64,000 bases of DNA from Synechococcales cyanobacterium VAR_4_metabat_354 (GCA_031414775.1 JANOQI010000024.1:32001-96000), one strand, 5' to 3'. Shown: positions 1 to 9,517, counted from the stretch's first letter. Numbers and translations are program-made. Notes: generated from the sequence alone by a model not told the origin.

Positions 1-546
1 TTCGGCTTGTGGACCCAGAAAAGTGCGACCACCGTGATTTTCAAACCCCACAATAATGGGCTTGCGGCCACCTAGCATTGCGCTTAATTCAGCAGCCAGT
101 CTTGTGGCCGTAATCTCAAATACCACATTACCAATACAGCGAGGTGCATCGATCCCCGGATGCTTGCTCTCTAAGTCCACAATCCCCATCCCATCGATTC
201 GTTCACCCAAACCGGGTTCGTAAAACCTGCCCAGTAGCTGAGGCGAACCACAGGTAAATACTCCCGGTGCTCCAGCCTCAAGCTTGGTGCGGATCGCTTC
301 AGTCTTAGCGCCCCTCAGATCCCGCATGACAATTTCTTGTTGGCGATCCTGAGCACCACCCCCAGCAATAATATCAACTTGATCCAAAACCGCTGGATCG
401 CTACTTTGATCATAGGGAATTACTTCTACATTAATCCCTCGCCACTGTGCTCGTTGCTTAATAGCAATAACATTACCCCGATCACCATAGGTGCTCATCA
501 GTTTGGGATAGAGCCAACCGATTACAAGAGAGTAGGGAGTAGTCAT
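1..546 (-). CDS. gatD: Type 1 glutamine amidotransferase, GatD/CobQ-like (lipid II amidation subunit); 3' end runs off the window
   Basis: Not in the ORF track. Manual translation from ATG at 546 gives MTTPYSLVIGWLYPKLMSTYGDRGNV...GGGAQDRQQ...VFTCGSPQLLG...RCIGNV...GFENHGGRT, open to position 1. YGDxGN and GFENHxG are GatD motifs. Confidence 0.88.
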   Translation of the reverse strand, partial: MTTPYSLVIGWLYPKLMSTYGDRGNVIAIKQRAQWRGINVEVIPYDQSSDPAVLDQVDIIAGGGAQDRQQEIVMRDLRGAKTEAIRTKLEAGAPGVFTCGSPQLLGRFYEPGLGERIDGMGIVDLESKHPGIDAPRCIGNVVFEITATRLAAELSAMLGGRKPIIVGFENHGGRTFLGPQAE

Positions 547-566
547 GGAAATTAAATTTTTTAATA

Positions 567-639
567 CGCGCCCTGAAGGACTCGAACCCTCGACATTTGG
601 TTTTGGAGACCAACGTTCTACCAACTGAACTAAGGACGC
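567..639 (-). tRNA. trnW: tRNA-Trp (CCA)
   Basis: Reverse complement GCGTCCTTAGTTCAGTTGGTAGAACGTTGGTCTCCAAAACCAAATGTCGAGGGTTCGAGTCCTTCAGGGCGCG folds as a cloverleaf with anticodon CCA. Confidence 0.97.
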
Positions 640-692
640 ATGAGATTCAGCTCAGTTTAGATTTAACCACAATTGAGCTGAATTGGAGACAG

Positions 693-1073
693 CTAGATAG
701 CTGCTTTTTTAGATTTGTCTCGATCGAAGCGCTGTTTCACGCGAGTAGCCTTACCAACCCGGTCGCGGAGATAGAACAACTTAGCTCGGCGCACCCGACC
801 ACGACGGACAATACTGATATTGTCGATTTTGGGGGAATGCAAGAGAAAGACTCGTTCTACACCAACACCTTGGAACACCCGGCGGACAGTGATAGTTTCA
901 TTAATACCACCATTGCGTCTGGCGATAATTACACCCTCATAGGGTTGTATGCGTTCTTTTTCTCCCTCTTTGATTTTTACGCCAACACGAATGGTGTCAC
1001 CGATATAGAGTTCGGGCAGGTCACTTTTAATGAACTCTGCTTCGATCGAGCGAATAATTTCTTGGACGTTCAT
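693..1073 (-). CDS. rplS: 50S ribosomal protein L19
   Basis: [23 protein letters not shown] and [14 protein letters not shown] signatures. Confidence 0.98.
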   Translation of the reverse strand: MNVQEIIRSIEAEFIKSDLPELYIGDTIRVGVKIKEGEKERIQPYEGVIIARRNGGINETITVRRVFQGVGVERVFLLHSPKIDNISIVRRGRVRRAKLFYLRDRVGKATRVKQRFDRDKSKKAAI

Positions 1074-1370
1074 GGAGATTACAAAAACTCACGGACTCCC
1101 ATCATAATGAAAAATGGACTGATTGTCTACTCCTGATCGCAAAATTGGTTAGGAACATCTGGTGAAATGATGTGATTTACAAAGTAGAAACCTACAACAC
1201 CAGAGCGTCAACGGTAAGCTGAAATTTTAGTGAGCAATGGCCATTGAACAAGACTTGTTGCACCAGCTAAGCCGACTTACGACAAAAAGCTGAGGATAAA
1301 TTGAGCTAAAACCACGTAAAATGGCGTTTAAGGATAATTAGGATCAATCATCTTCAGAAAACTAAAACTT

Positions 1371-3218
1371 ATGAATACTGCTAGGCTTTCCAAATTAATG
1401 TTTCGGCTACTTTTGTCCAGCTTGAGCATACTACCAATGGTCGCCTCATTTGATACAGCTGAAGCTGCCCCAGCCAAATCCAAAAAGCCCACCCCCAAAG
1501 CTAAGCCTAGCCAAAAAGCCGCTCCCAGACAGGGGCGACTGGATTCATATCTTTTAGGACCAGGTGATCGCATCCGGATCGATGTTTTCAACGTGCCAGA
1601 ATACAGCACCGAGTACCCAGTCTTAGTTGATGGCACGATCAACCTCCCAGTGGTTGGCACCGTTTTAGTAAACGGCTTGTCTCTGCCTCAGGCCTCCGCT
1701 TTGCTTTCTAATCAGTACGCGCGTTTTGTTCGCAACCCGCTCGTGACTGTCGGGTTAGTCAGTCCTCGTCCGATCAAGATAGCGATCGCCGGGGAAGTTA
1801 ATAAAGCTGGCTCCTACACAATCGGTGTAGAGGGTGGCGGTGGTGGCACTGGAGCTGGTGCAGGTGGTACCGGTCGCCAATTCCCAACCCTGAGTCAAGC
1901 TGTACAGTTGGCTGGTGGAGCGAGTCAAACTGCCGATCTACGTCGGGTGAAAGTCCAACGACGGGGTAGAGTAGCTACGCTAAATCTACTGCGAGTATTG
2001 CAGGGAGCTGATGGCACTCAGGATGTCACCTTGCGCGATGGTGACACCATCTATATCCCTACTGCCAATAGTGTGAATGCTACCGATATTGCCAGACTTT
2101 CTGGTTCTAACATTGCCACCCAAGACAATGCTTTGAAGGTAGCAATCGTCGGCGAAGTGACCAAGCCTGGTACCTACAGCATTAAAGGTGAAGCATCTAC
2201 CAACGTCAATGGACGAGTAAGCCAACCAACGCTGACTGAAGCTTTGAAATTAGCTGGTGGTGCTACGCCGTCGGCAGATATTAGTAAAATCAGAGTAAAG
2301 CGCAGTACCAAGTCTGGTAGCTCTCAAATGATTGGGGTGGATTTAGTCCGGCTGCTAGACAAGGGTGACTATCGACAAGACTTGATTCTGCAAGATGGTG
2401 ACACTATCTACTTACCGTCTGATCCAGTGATTGGCTCTGTTGGTAGTCGCCGTCTGGTGTCTTCTAGCTTTGGTCCTCAGGTACAAAACCCCATCAAGGT
2501 GGCGATCGTGGGAGATGTTAATCGTCCTGGTACCTATGTTTTGAAGGGTGAGGCCAACAATGCCACTTCTGTCAATAACCCCAATAGTAACATCAGCCCA
2601 CCGACTGTTACCCAAGCGATTCTCACGGCTGGTGGGATTAAACCAACTGCAAATATTCGGGAAGTGGTACTGCAACGTTTCAATCGGGGTGGACGTGGTC
2701 AATCGGTGAAGGTTAATCTCTGGAACCTGTTGACTCAAGGTGATATCAGTCAGGACCTGCTGCTTCAGGAAGGTGACCGGATTTTAATTCCGCAAGCCAC
2801 GTCGATCAATCCTCGTGAAGTTGACACCTTGGCTAATGCGCCATTTTCTCCGGCAACGATCGAGGTGGGGGTCGTGGGTGAGGTGGCCAAAGGCGGCACC
2901 GGCACCGGCGGTGGTCGCATCAAGCTGCCGCCCAACACTACTTTAAACCAGGCTTTACTAGCTGCGGGTGGCTTTGATCAGGTGCGTGCCAATAAAGGCA
3001 GCGTAGACTTAATTCGTCTTAATCCGAATGGTAGTGTTACTAAGCGTGCCATTGGAGTGGATTTTGCTCAGGGTATTAATGAACAGAATAATCCAACCCT
3101 CCGCAATAATGATGTCATTGTAATCGGCCGTTCTGGTACGGCAAGTGTGGGTGATTCGATCGGATCGATTTTCAATCCTCTTGCTCCTCTATTGACTCTT
3201 TTCGGTATATTCAGATAG
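1371..3218 (+). CDS. wza: Polysaccharide export protein (Wza/OPX family, multiple SLBB domains)
   Basis: Signal peptide, Poly_export motif YLLGPGDRIRIDV...DGTINLPVVG, and four repeats starting with an (I/V)x(I/V)xG(E/D)V motif. Confidence 0.88.
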   Translation: MNTARLSKLMFRLLLSSLSILPMVASFDTAEAAPAKSKKPTPKAKPSQKAAPRQGRLDSYLLGPGDRIRIDVFNVPEYSTEYPVLVDGTINLPVVGTVLVNGLSLPQASALLSNQYARFVRNPLVTVGLVSPRPIKIAIAGEVNKAGSYTIGVEGGGGGTGAGAGGTGRQFPTLSQAVQLAGGASQTADLRRVKVQRRGRVATLNLLRVLQGADGTQDVTLRDGDTIYIPTANSVNATDIARLSGSNIATQDNALKVAIVGEVTKPGTYSIKGEASTNVNGRVSQPTLTEALKLAGGATPSADISKIRVKRSTKSGSSQMIGVDLVRLLDKGDYRQDLILQDGDTIYLPSDPVIGSVGSRRLVSSSFGPQVQNPIKVAIVGDVNRPGTYVLKGEANNATSVNNPNSNISPPTVTQAILTAGGIKPTANIREVVLQRFNRGGRGQSVKVNLWNLLTQGDISQDLLLQEGDRILIPQATSINPREVDTLANAPFSPATIEVGVVGEVAKGGTGTGGGRIKLPPNTTLNQALLAAGGFDQVRANKGSVDLIRLNPNGSVTKRAIGVDFAQGINEQNNPTLRNNDVIVIGRSGTASVGDSIGSIFNPLAPLLTLFGIFR

Positions 3219-3249
3219 TTTTAAATTAAAGTTAACCTAGTCAATATAA

Positions 3250-3284
3250 AAAAAGAGGACAACTTCAAAAGTTGTCCTCTTTTT
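3250..3284 (+). terminator. Intrinsic terminator after wza
   Basis: AAAAGAGGACAACTT-CAA-AAGTTGTCCTCTTTT perfect hairpin with T-tail. Confidence 0.8.
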
Positions 3285-3416
3285 GGTAAATTTTTAACCC
3301 TAATCATAAAAAAAGTGAGTATTTTTACTCATTTAGGTATAGAGAAGGTCACAGTTTGCGATATGATCTTCTGACACATTAAATTTATTTTATCAAGCTG
3401 CAGAGGGCACAGACCT

Positions 3417-4430
3417 GTGATTAGAGTTGCTATTAATGGCTTTGGACGAATTGGGCGTAACTTTATGCGCTGCTGGATTGGCAGAGCAGACAGTTTTATT
3501 GAAGTTGTGGGCTTAAATGATACATCCGATCCTCGGACTAATGCCCACTTACTTAAGTACGACACTATGCTGGGTCGGTTCAATGCCGATATTAGTGCGG
3601 ATGATAACTCCATCACCGTTAATGGCAAAGTTATCAAATGCGTCTCTGATCGCAACCCTGAGAATCTGCCTTGGAAAGAATGGGGTGTGGATTTAGTAAT
3701 TGAATCTACTGGCGTATTTACAAGCAAAGAAGGTGCTAGCAAGCATCTAAAAGCTGGTGCTAAGAAAGTTTTGATTACCGCGCCTGGTAAAGACGATGAT
3801 GGGACGTTTGTGGTTGGTGTCAATGATGACCAATACGAACATGATAAGCACTTCATCATCAGCAATGCCAGCTGTACTACTAATTGTTTAGCACCAGTAG
3901 CTAAAGTATTGAATGACAAGTTCGGCATCATCAAAGGTACGATGACCACCACACATAGTTACACTGGCGACCAACGGTTGCTAGATGCTTCCCACCGCGA
4001 CTTGCGGCGGGCACGAGCAGCAGCTATGAACATTGTACCTACTTCGACTGGTGCAGCTAAAGCAGTAGCCTTGGTGTTGCCAGAATTGAAAGGCAAATTG
4101 AATGGTATTGCTCTGCGGGTACCAACTCCCAACGTATCTGTGGTGGATTTGGTTATTAACGTTGAGAAAAAGACTTTCGCTGAAGAAGTAAATCAAACCC
4201 TCAAGAATGCCGCCGAAGGCCCGATGAAGGGAATTCTAGAATACAACGACTTACCCTTAGTTTCTAGCGACTATAAGGGTTCTGATGCTTCCTCGATCGT
4301 AGATGCCAGCCTCACGATGGTAATGGGCGACGATATGATTAAAGTCATTGCTTGGTATGACAACGAATGGGGCTACAGCCAACGGGTAGTAGACTTGGCT
4401 GAAACTGTTGGGAAAAAATGGGTTAAATAG
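3417..4430 (+). CDS. gap2: Glyceraldehyde-3-phosphate dehydrogenase, NAD(P)-dependent photosynthetic type
   Basis: [23 protein letters not shown], and the Gap2/GapA-type S-loop [20 protein letters not shown]. Confidence 0.95.
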   Translation: MIRVAINGFGRIGRNFMRCWIGRADSFIEVVGLNDTSDPRTNAHLLKYDTMLGRFNADISADDNSITVNGKVIKCVSDRNPENLPWKEWGVDLVIESTGVFTSKEGASKHLKAGAKKVLITAPGKDDDGTFVVGVNDDQYEHDKHFIISNASCTTNCLAPVAKVLNDKFGIIKGTMTTTHSYTGDQRLLDASHRDLRRARAAAMNIVPTSTGAAKAVALVLPELKGKLNGIALRVPTPNVSVVDLVINVEKKTFAEEVNQTLKNAAEGPMKGILEYNDLPLVSSDYKGSDASSIVDASLTMVMGDDMIKVIAWYDNEWGYSQRVVDLAETVGKKWVK

Positions 4431-4460
4431 TTTTCACTAATAAATAAATAACAATAAGAG

Positions 4461-4496
4461 AGGGACGGGCAGATGCTCGCCCTTTTTTTATTTTTT
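4461..4496 (+). terminator. Intrinsic terminator after gap2
   Basis: AGGGACGGGC-AGAT-GCTCGCCCT stem followed by a long T-run. Confidence 0.7.
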
Positions 4497-4595
4497 AGTT
4501 GTCCAGAAATTGCTAAACATCATCAGCATGGCACCAGTGGCAATCACGATTGCTAATCCACCAGCGATCGCACTTAAAACATCTTCGTTAGGCAT
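4488..4595 (-). CDS. Candidate small single-TM membrane protein (35 aa)
   Basis: Below the ORF-track cutoff. ATG at 4595 gives MPNEDVLSAIAGGLAIVIATGAMLMMFSNFWTTKK*, with a hydrophobic helix and basic C-terminus. It fills the gap2-cysK gap. Confidence 0.6.
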   Translation of the reverse strand: MPNEDVLSAIAGGLAIVIATGAMLMMFSNFWTTKK

Positions 4596-4698
4596 AGTTT
4601 TGTGGAGTTATTTTCTCTCTCTAAGATATCAGCCTGGACAGCATTCGTGGATCACAGGATAATTGGGAGAGACCAGCGATCCGAGAATTAACTAACCA

Positions 4699-5676
4699 AT
4701 GGACATTAAGCGCGGCTTCATCGAAGCGATCGGTAACACCCCTCTCATTCGGCTGAATAGCTTCAGTGACAAAACTGGCTGTGAAATTTTGGGGAAGGCC
4801 GAGTTTCTCAATCCAGGTGGCTCGGTGAAGGATCGAGCGGCTTTGTACATTATTGAAGATGCTGAACGGAAAGGATTGTTAAAACCAGGGGGGACGGTAG
4901 TTGAAGGGACAGCTGGAAATACGGGAATTGGGCTGACACATATCTGTAATGCTAAGGGTTATAAGTGCTTGATTGTGATTCCTGAAACCCAGTCGGCGGA
5001 AAAGATAGAAGCTCTGCGTACTTTAGGAGCAGAAGTGAGAACAGTGCCAGCAGTGCCCTACAAAAATCCTGAAAACTACGTCAAAGTCTCCGGGCGACTG
5101 GCAGCGGAGCTGGAAAATGCAGTCTGGGCGAATCAGTTTGATAATTTGGCCAATCGTCAAGCCCATTATGAAACCACCGCTGCTGAAATTTGGGCACAGA
5201 CTGATGGCCAAGTCGATGCTTGGGTAGCGGCGATTGGCACTGGAGGTACTTTTGCCGGGGTAGCGATGTTTCTGAAGGAAAAGAATCCGTTGGTCAAAAA
5301 CGTGGTGGCTGACCCTTTGGGCAGTGGCATGTACAGCTATGTTAAAACTGGTGAAATCAAAATGACTGGTAGCTCGATTACCGAAGGCATTGGCAATAGT
5401 CGGATCACAGGCAATCTAGAGGGGGTAGCGATCGATGATGCTATCCAAATTGATGACCAAGAATGTTTGCGGGTGGTTTATCAGTTGCTGCGGCGGGATG
5501 GTCTGTTTATGGGTGGCTCAGTGGGAATTAATGTGGCAGCGGCAGTGCAACTGGCTAGACAGATGGGTCCTGGCCATACGATCGTGACAGTACTCTGTGA
5601 TGGTGGGGCGCGCTACCAATCGCGGCTGTTTAATGCGGAGTGGTTGGCTACGAAGGGTTTATTTGTGCCGGTTTGA
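4699..5676 (+). CDS. cysK: Cysteine synthase (PLP-dependent)
   Basis: IGNTPL, KAEFLNPGGSVKDR (PLP lysine), GTAGNTG and GTGGT motifs. Confidence 0.92.
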   Translation: MDIKRGFIEAIGNTPLIRLNSFSDKTGCEILGKAEFLNPGGSVKDRAALYIIEDAERKGLLKPGGTVVEGTAGNTGIGLTHICNAKGYKCLIVIPETQSAEKIEALRTLGAEVRTVPAVPYKNPENYVKVSGRLAAELENAVWANQFDNLANRQAHYETTAAEIWAQTDGQVDAWVAAIGTGGTFAGVAMFLKEKNPLVKNVVADPLGSGMYSYVKTGEIKMTGSSITEGIGNSRITGNLEGVAIDDAIQIDDQECLRVVYQLLRRDGLFMGGSVGINVAAAVQLARQMGPGHTIVTVLCDGGARYQSRLFNAEWLATKGLFVPV

Positions 5677-5747
5677 TGATTTGTTCGATAGCTTTGCTGA
5701 AGCCCTTGGCTATCGCTATTTTTTAAAATATTTAAATATCTCACATC

Positions 5748-7781
5748 ATGAAAGAACTTTTATATCTAGAAATTCCTACTCCTGATTTAGCTGCTGTCCA
5801 GACCTGGTTACAAACTGAGTGGCGATCGACTGGGGGTGAGACTGACGTGACTGCAACGGGGGTAAGGATTAGATGTCCGCAGGGTGAAATAGCAATCATC
5901 CTCTGGTCTCTCCAGCGCACCACTTATTTAAAGATTTTTCGGTGGTCGGAACAATCAATTTCTGGCGAGCAGCAGATCTGTAAACAATTGACTAGTGCTA
6001 TTCGTGCAGCTTTTCCCTATAAATATCCTGAATTACCAGAGCATCACAACGCATCTATTTTCGATGATCTCGCTACGGCTTATCCCCAAACGGTTAAGTA
6101 CTTTCAAAAGATGCCGAAGGGCGAAGCCGATCTTCAGCGGGTCTATTGGTGGGAAAAGCGGTGGCGGGAGAGCGCTCGCAATCCGCAACAGCCACAGCAA
6201 GTGATATTTCCGGTAGATAGTACAGCAACGCCCGACTATGACCTGATCTATGTAGGCGGCGCTTTAGGGGTGATCCATGCCGCTGTGATGGCTAAACTCG
6301 GCTATCGAGTATTGTTACTGGAGCGGTTGCCCTTTGGTCGGATGAATCGGGAATGGAATATTTCACGGGATGAGTTTCAGTCTTTAATCGATCTGGGACT
6401 ATTCACTCCCAGCGAGTTTGAGAGTATTATTGCCCGTGAGTACCGCGATGGCTTTAGTAAGTTTTTTGATGCCAACAATCCCGAGCATCTCCGCGCCAAA
6501 ATTTTATCGACACCCAAGGTTTTAAATATCTGTATTGATACGGAAGTCTTGCTGCGGCTTTGTGGGGAAAAGTTGCGATCGGTAGGCGGCGAGATCTGGG
6601 ATGAGACGGAGTTTCAACGAGCCGATGTGGGTAAAGGTGCGGTGTCGATCGCATCCAAGCATCTTAAAACTGGCGAGGAAAAGTCAGCGACTGGTCGATT
6701 ACTAATTGATGCGATGGGGACAGCTTCGCCGATCGCTTGGCAACTGAATGGTGCTAGGACTTTTGATAGTGTTTGTCCAACGGTGGGGGCGGCAATCTCG
6801 AAGGGGTTTGCACCGGAGGTGTGGGACGCGCAGTATGGCGATGTGCTATTTAGTCATGGCGATATTTCGCGAGGACGGCAGCTGATTTGGGAACTATTTC
6901 CGGGGGAAGGCGATGAGATTACGGTGTATCTATTTCATTATCACCAGGTGAATGCTGAAAATCCGGGTTCTCTACTGGAGATGTATGAAGACTTCTTCAC
7001 CATTTTGCCGGAGTACCGCCGTTGCGATATGGATAAATTGGTGTGGCGGAAGCCGACTTTTGGTTATATTCCTGGTCACTTTACAGTTAGTAGTAATGAT
7101 CGATCGATCGCGTTCGATCGAGTACTAGCGATCGGGGATGCTGCTTCCTTGCAATCGCCCTTGATCTTCACAGGCTTTGGGTCGTTGGTGCGGAATATGC
7201 CGCGCCTGACGCATTTGTTGGATACGGCGTTGAAACATGATTTATTACGGGCGGCGGATTTGAATCGGGTCTGTGCCTATCAAAGCAATGTGGCAGTGAC
7301 ATGGATGTTCTCGAAAGGGATGATGGTACCTACTGGTCAGCATTTACCACCACAGCGGGTGAATACAATGCTAAATAATTTCTTTGGGCTGTTGGCCGAT
7401 GAACCGTCTGAAGTAGCGGATATGTTTATTAAAGATCGCACAGATTGGCTGACGTTCAATCGGTTGGCGATTAAGGCGGCGCGGCAGAATCCAGCGTTAT
7501 TGTTGTGGATTTGGCAAATGGCCGGGACTAAGGATTTGATGCGGTGGTTGGTGAGTTACTTTAATTTCTCGATCGCGGCTTTGGCGAATTTTATGTTTGG
7601 GGGTTGGGTGCCAAGTTTGGGTTGGCGGTGGCAGCCTTATTTGGAAAGTAATTATCCGCGTTTGTGGTTGTGGTTGTTGGCTTGGATTTATATGTTGCGG
7701 GGTGGGAAGGCGGCGGCAGTGTCGGTGAATCGGTGGCAGATTCCGAAGAGTTTAGATGCGGATTTGTCTCGTAATCTTTAA
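5748..7781 (+). CDS. cruA: Flavin-dependent oxidoreductase, CruA-type lycopene cyclase
   Basis: DLIYVGGALG, GRMNREWNISRDE, DAMGTASP and IGDAASLQSPLIFTGFGS motifs. The length of 677 aa with an N-terminal extension fits CruA better than CruP. Confidence 0.75.
   Translation: MKELLYLEIPTPDLAAVQTWLQTEWRSTGGETDVTATGVRIRCPQGEIAIILWSLQRTTYLKIFRWSEQSISGEQQICKQLTSAIRAAFPYKYPELPEHHNASIFDDLATAYPQTVKYFQKMPKGEADLQRVYWWEKRWRESARNPQQPQQVIFPVDSTATPDYDLIYVGGALGVIHAAVMAKLGYRVLLLERLPFGRMNREWNISRDEFQSLIDLGLFTPSEFESIIAREYRDGFSKFFDANNPEHLRAKILSTPKVLNICIDTEVLLRLCGEKLRSVGGEIWDETEFQRADVGKGAVSIASKHLKTGEEKSATGRLLIDAMGTASPIAWQLNGARTFDSVCPTVGAAISKGFAPEVWDAQYGDVLFSHGDISRGRQLIWELFPGEGDEITVYLFHYHQVNAENPGSLLEMYEDFFTILPEYRRCDMDKLVWRKPTFGYIPGHFTVSSNDRSIAFDRVLAIGDAASLQSPLIFTGFGSLVRNMPRLTHLLDTALKHDLLRAADLNRVCAYQSNVAVTWMFSKGMMVPTGQHLPPQRVNTMLNNFFGLLADEPSEVADMFIKDRTDWLTFNRLAIKAARQNPALLLWIWQMAGTKDLMRWLVSYFNFSIAALANFMFGGWVPSLGWRWQPYLESNYPRLWLWLLAWIYMLRGGKAAAVSVNRWQIPKSLDADLSRNL
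7098..7134. repeat. Example cluster of HIP1-core palindromes (CGATCG); the motif is dispersed throughout the window
   Basis: GATCGATCGATCG, TCGATCGA and GCGATCG occur within 37 bp. GCGATCGC, TCGATCGA and CGATCG recur across the window. Confidence 0.85.
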
Positions 7782-7893
7782 TCTTAAAACAGCACCGGCC
7801 TATCTCAAAACTTAATCTGGTCGGCGCTGATTACACCCTTAAATGTTTTTGGCTAATTGTAAAGACTGTGTGATCGGAAGCTATTCGCCACAA

Positions 7894-8064
7894 TCAAGTA
7901 GTCACGATTGCTTCTACATGGACAGTTTTTTGTTTGGAGTCCACCCGAGTAATTGCCCAGCGCAATGGTTCCCCCCACTGACGTAGAGCAACTTCTACCT
8001 GTTGCGGTAGATCCTGTGCCAAGTGAGTGAAGGGAATATCTAAATCTACAAATTTAGTAGTCAT
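7894..8064 (-). CDS. Small hypothetical protein (56 aa) abutting the ferredoxin stop
   Basis: Not in the ORF track. Translation MTTKFVDLDIPFTHLAQDLPQQVEVALRQWGEPLRWAITRVDSKQKTVHVEAIVTT*. The ATG immediately follows the ferredoxin TAA. Confidence 0.7.
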   Translation of the reverse strand: MTTKFVDLDIPFTHLAQDLPQQVEVALRQWGEPLRWAITRVDSKQKTVHVEAIVTT

Positions 8065-8391
8065 TTAAGTTTTTTGATAGCGACCAAATTGCAGCTCATA
8101 CAGTTCGTCTTCTTTTTCTGTCTCAATTTTTAAATCGGAACGAGGATAAGCAACGCATAGCAATATATATCCTTCTGCTTGTAGATCTGGACTGACACCC
8201 ATGCCACCACTTTGTTCTATTTCACCAGTAATGAGCTTGGCCGCGCAGGTAGTGCACACTCCGGCATTACAAGACGTGGGCAGATCGATACCAGCAGCAA
8301 AAGCTGCTCGCAAAATTTGTTTATCTTCAGGTACATCAATAGTATGAATTTCGCCCTGGTGATGGAGTTCGACTTTATAAACTTGAGTCAT
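8065..8391 (-). CDS. 2Fe-2S ferredoxin with C-terminal extension (Fed3/FdC1-like)
   Basis: LPTSCNAGVCTTCA...LLCVAYPRSDL, ending EDELYELQFG. Likely start MTQVYK at 8391. Confidence 0.9.
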   Translation of the reverse strand: MTQVYKVELHHQGEIHTIDVPEDKQILRAAFAAGIDLPTSCNAGVCTTCAAKLITGEIEQSGGMGVSPDLQAEGYILLCVAYPRSDLKIETEKEDELYELQFGRYQKT

Positions 8392-8524
8392 TGAAATAGG
8401 TGAAAAAGCAGTGAACATCTGCTTTTGATCCTACACGAAATCCATGAGCTTCCTCATAATTCCAGCAGAGATTGCTATATTGGCAGAGCATCGCGCATCA
8501 GCTATATCTAATAAAGTCAAAATC

Positions 8525-9478
8525 ATGTTACGTTCAACGCTAATCTGGCTGGGAGTTTTCGGGGTAGTTAGTACTAGCTGGTCGGTTTCAGCGGCCATTT
8601 TCGACAGGCAGGGGCGCAGACTCCCTGAATCTCCAGCTCAGTATCAGTCGATCGATTGGCAAATGCTCCAGAATACGACAGCATATAGCGGGGTGGGCTT
8701 AATTAAAATCCGCCAGTCTTCCTCCTGTACCGGTTTCTTGGTCAATACCAAAGTCACAGCACCGGCTTATGTATTAACTAATGCCCATTGCCTGGATTTG
8801 CTCAATAATTTGCCCGGGGCTAATGAGATTATCGTAGATAAAAGCATCCACAACTGGAGTAAAGCTGGAGTAATGTTAACTTTTATCCCCAGCTACTTTG
8901 CCCAGACTTCCCCACCCCGCCGGTCGTATGACGTGAAAAAAGTTCTATATGCCACGATGAAGAACAATGACGTAGCCTTGTTAGAACTATCCCCAAGCCA
9001 AAGGGAATTGATCGCAGCGGGGATGATGCCGCTGAATATTTCGCCGACCCCCAGTGCTAGTGGGGAAAAAATTGAGGTGATTGGTATTCCTGGTGATAAA
9101 GTGCCGATCGATCGACAATTTTTACACCGGGCGATTTGCACTCTTGGTCCTACTGTCAAAGTTCAAGAAGGCATTTATACCTGGTCACAGTCCTTGCGGC
9201 ATCGCTGTAGCATTGTGGGCGGCATGTCTGGCTCACCGATGTTAGCTCGGGGTAAAGTGGTGGGAATTGTGAACACGGCAGGAACCGAAGCTATTGCACG
9301 CAGCCAAAAGTGTGTTTTAAATAAGCCCTGTGAACTAGGTACCGACAAAAAAATATTGGCCACTGGCAATGAAAATTATGGTCAGTTATTAACTAAGATG
9401 GCTAGCTGCTTTACCAGTCAGGGTATTTTTAAGCTCTCTCAACCCAGTTGCCGTCTAGAGCACTCTACCCGTTCCTAG
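8525..9478 (+). CDS. Secreted trypsin-like serine protease
   Basis: Signal peptide from MLRSTLIW and catalytic triad motifs TNAHC, NNDVAL, GGMSGSP. The start could be as early as 8444. Confidence 0.82.
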   Translation: MLRSTLIWLGVFGVVSTSWSVSAAIFDRQGRRLPESPAQYQSIDWQMLQNTTAYSGVGLIKIRQSSSCTGFLVNTKVTAPAYVLTNAHCLDLLNNLPGANEIIVDKSIHNWSKAGVMLTFIPSYFAQTSPPRRSYDVKKVLYATMKNNDVALLELSPSQRELIAAGMMPLNISPTPSASGEKIEVIGIPGDKVPIDRQFLHRAICTLGPTVKVQEGIYTWSQSLRHRCSIVGGMSGSPMLARGKVVGIVNTAGTEAIARSQKCVLNKPCELGTDKKILATGNENYGQLLTKMASCFTSQGIFKLSQPSCRLEHSTRS

Positions 9479-9488
9479 CCATCTTATG

Positions 9489-9517
9489 AAAAAAACCTCC
9501 CAGATGGAGGAGGTTTT
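9489..9517 (-). terminator. Intrinsic terminator after recA (possibly bidirectional)
   Basis: Minus strand AAAACCTCC-TCCATCTG-GGAGGTTTT followed by more T residues. Confidence 0.7.

Noticed and set aside
337..555. 72-aa plus-strand ORF
   Set aside because: It lies antisense to the gatD-like gene found on the minus strand.
597..1136. 179-aa plus-strand ORF
   Set aside because: It is the antisense shadow of rplS and tRNA-Trp, with no recognisable motifs.
3329..3952. 207-aa minus-strand ORF, and similar long antisense ORFs over recA, sigA, larC, glgP and leuC
   Set aside because: These are shadow ORFs opposite well-conserved genes, expected from codon bias.
7500..7781. Strongly G/T-skewed 3' end of cruA
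   Set aside because: It is explained by Trp/Leu/Gly/Val-rich coding. No repeat unit or frameshift was seen.
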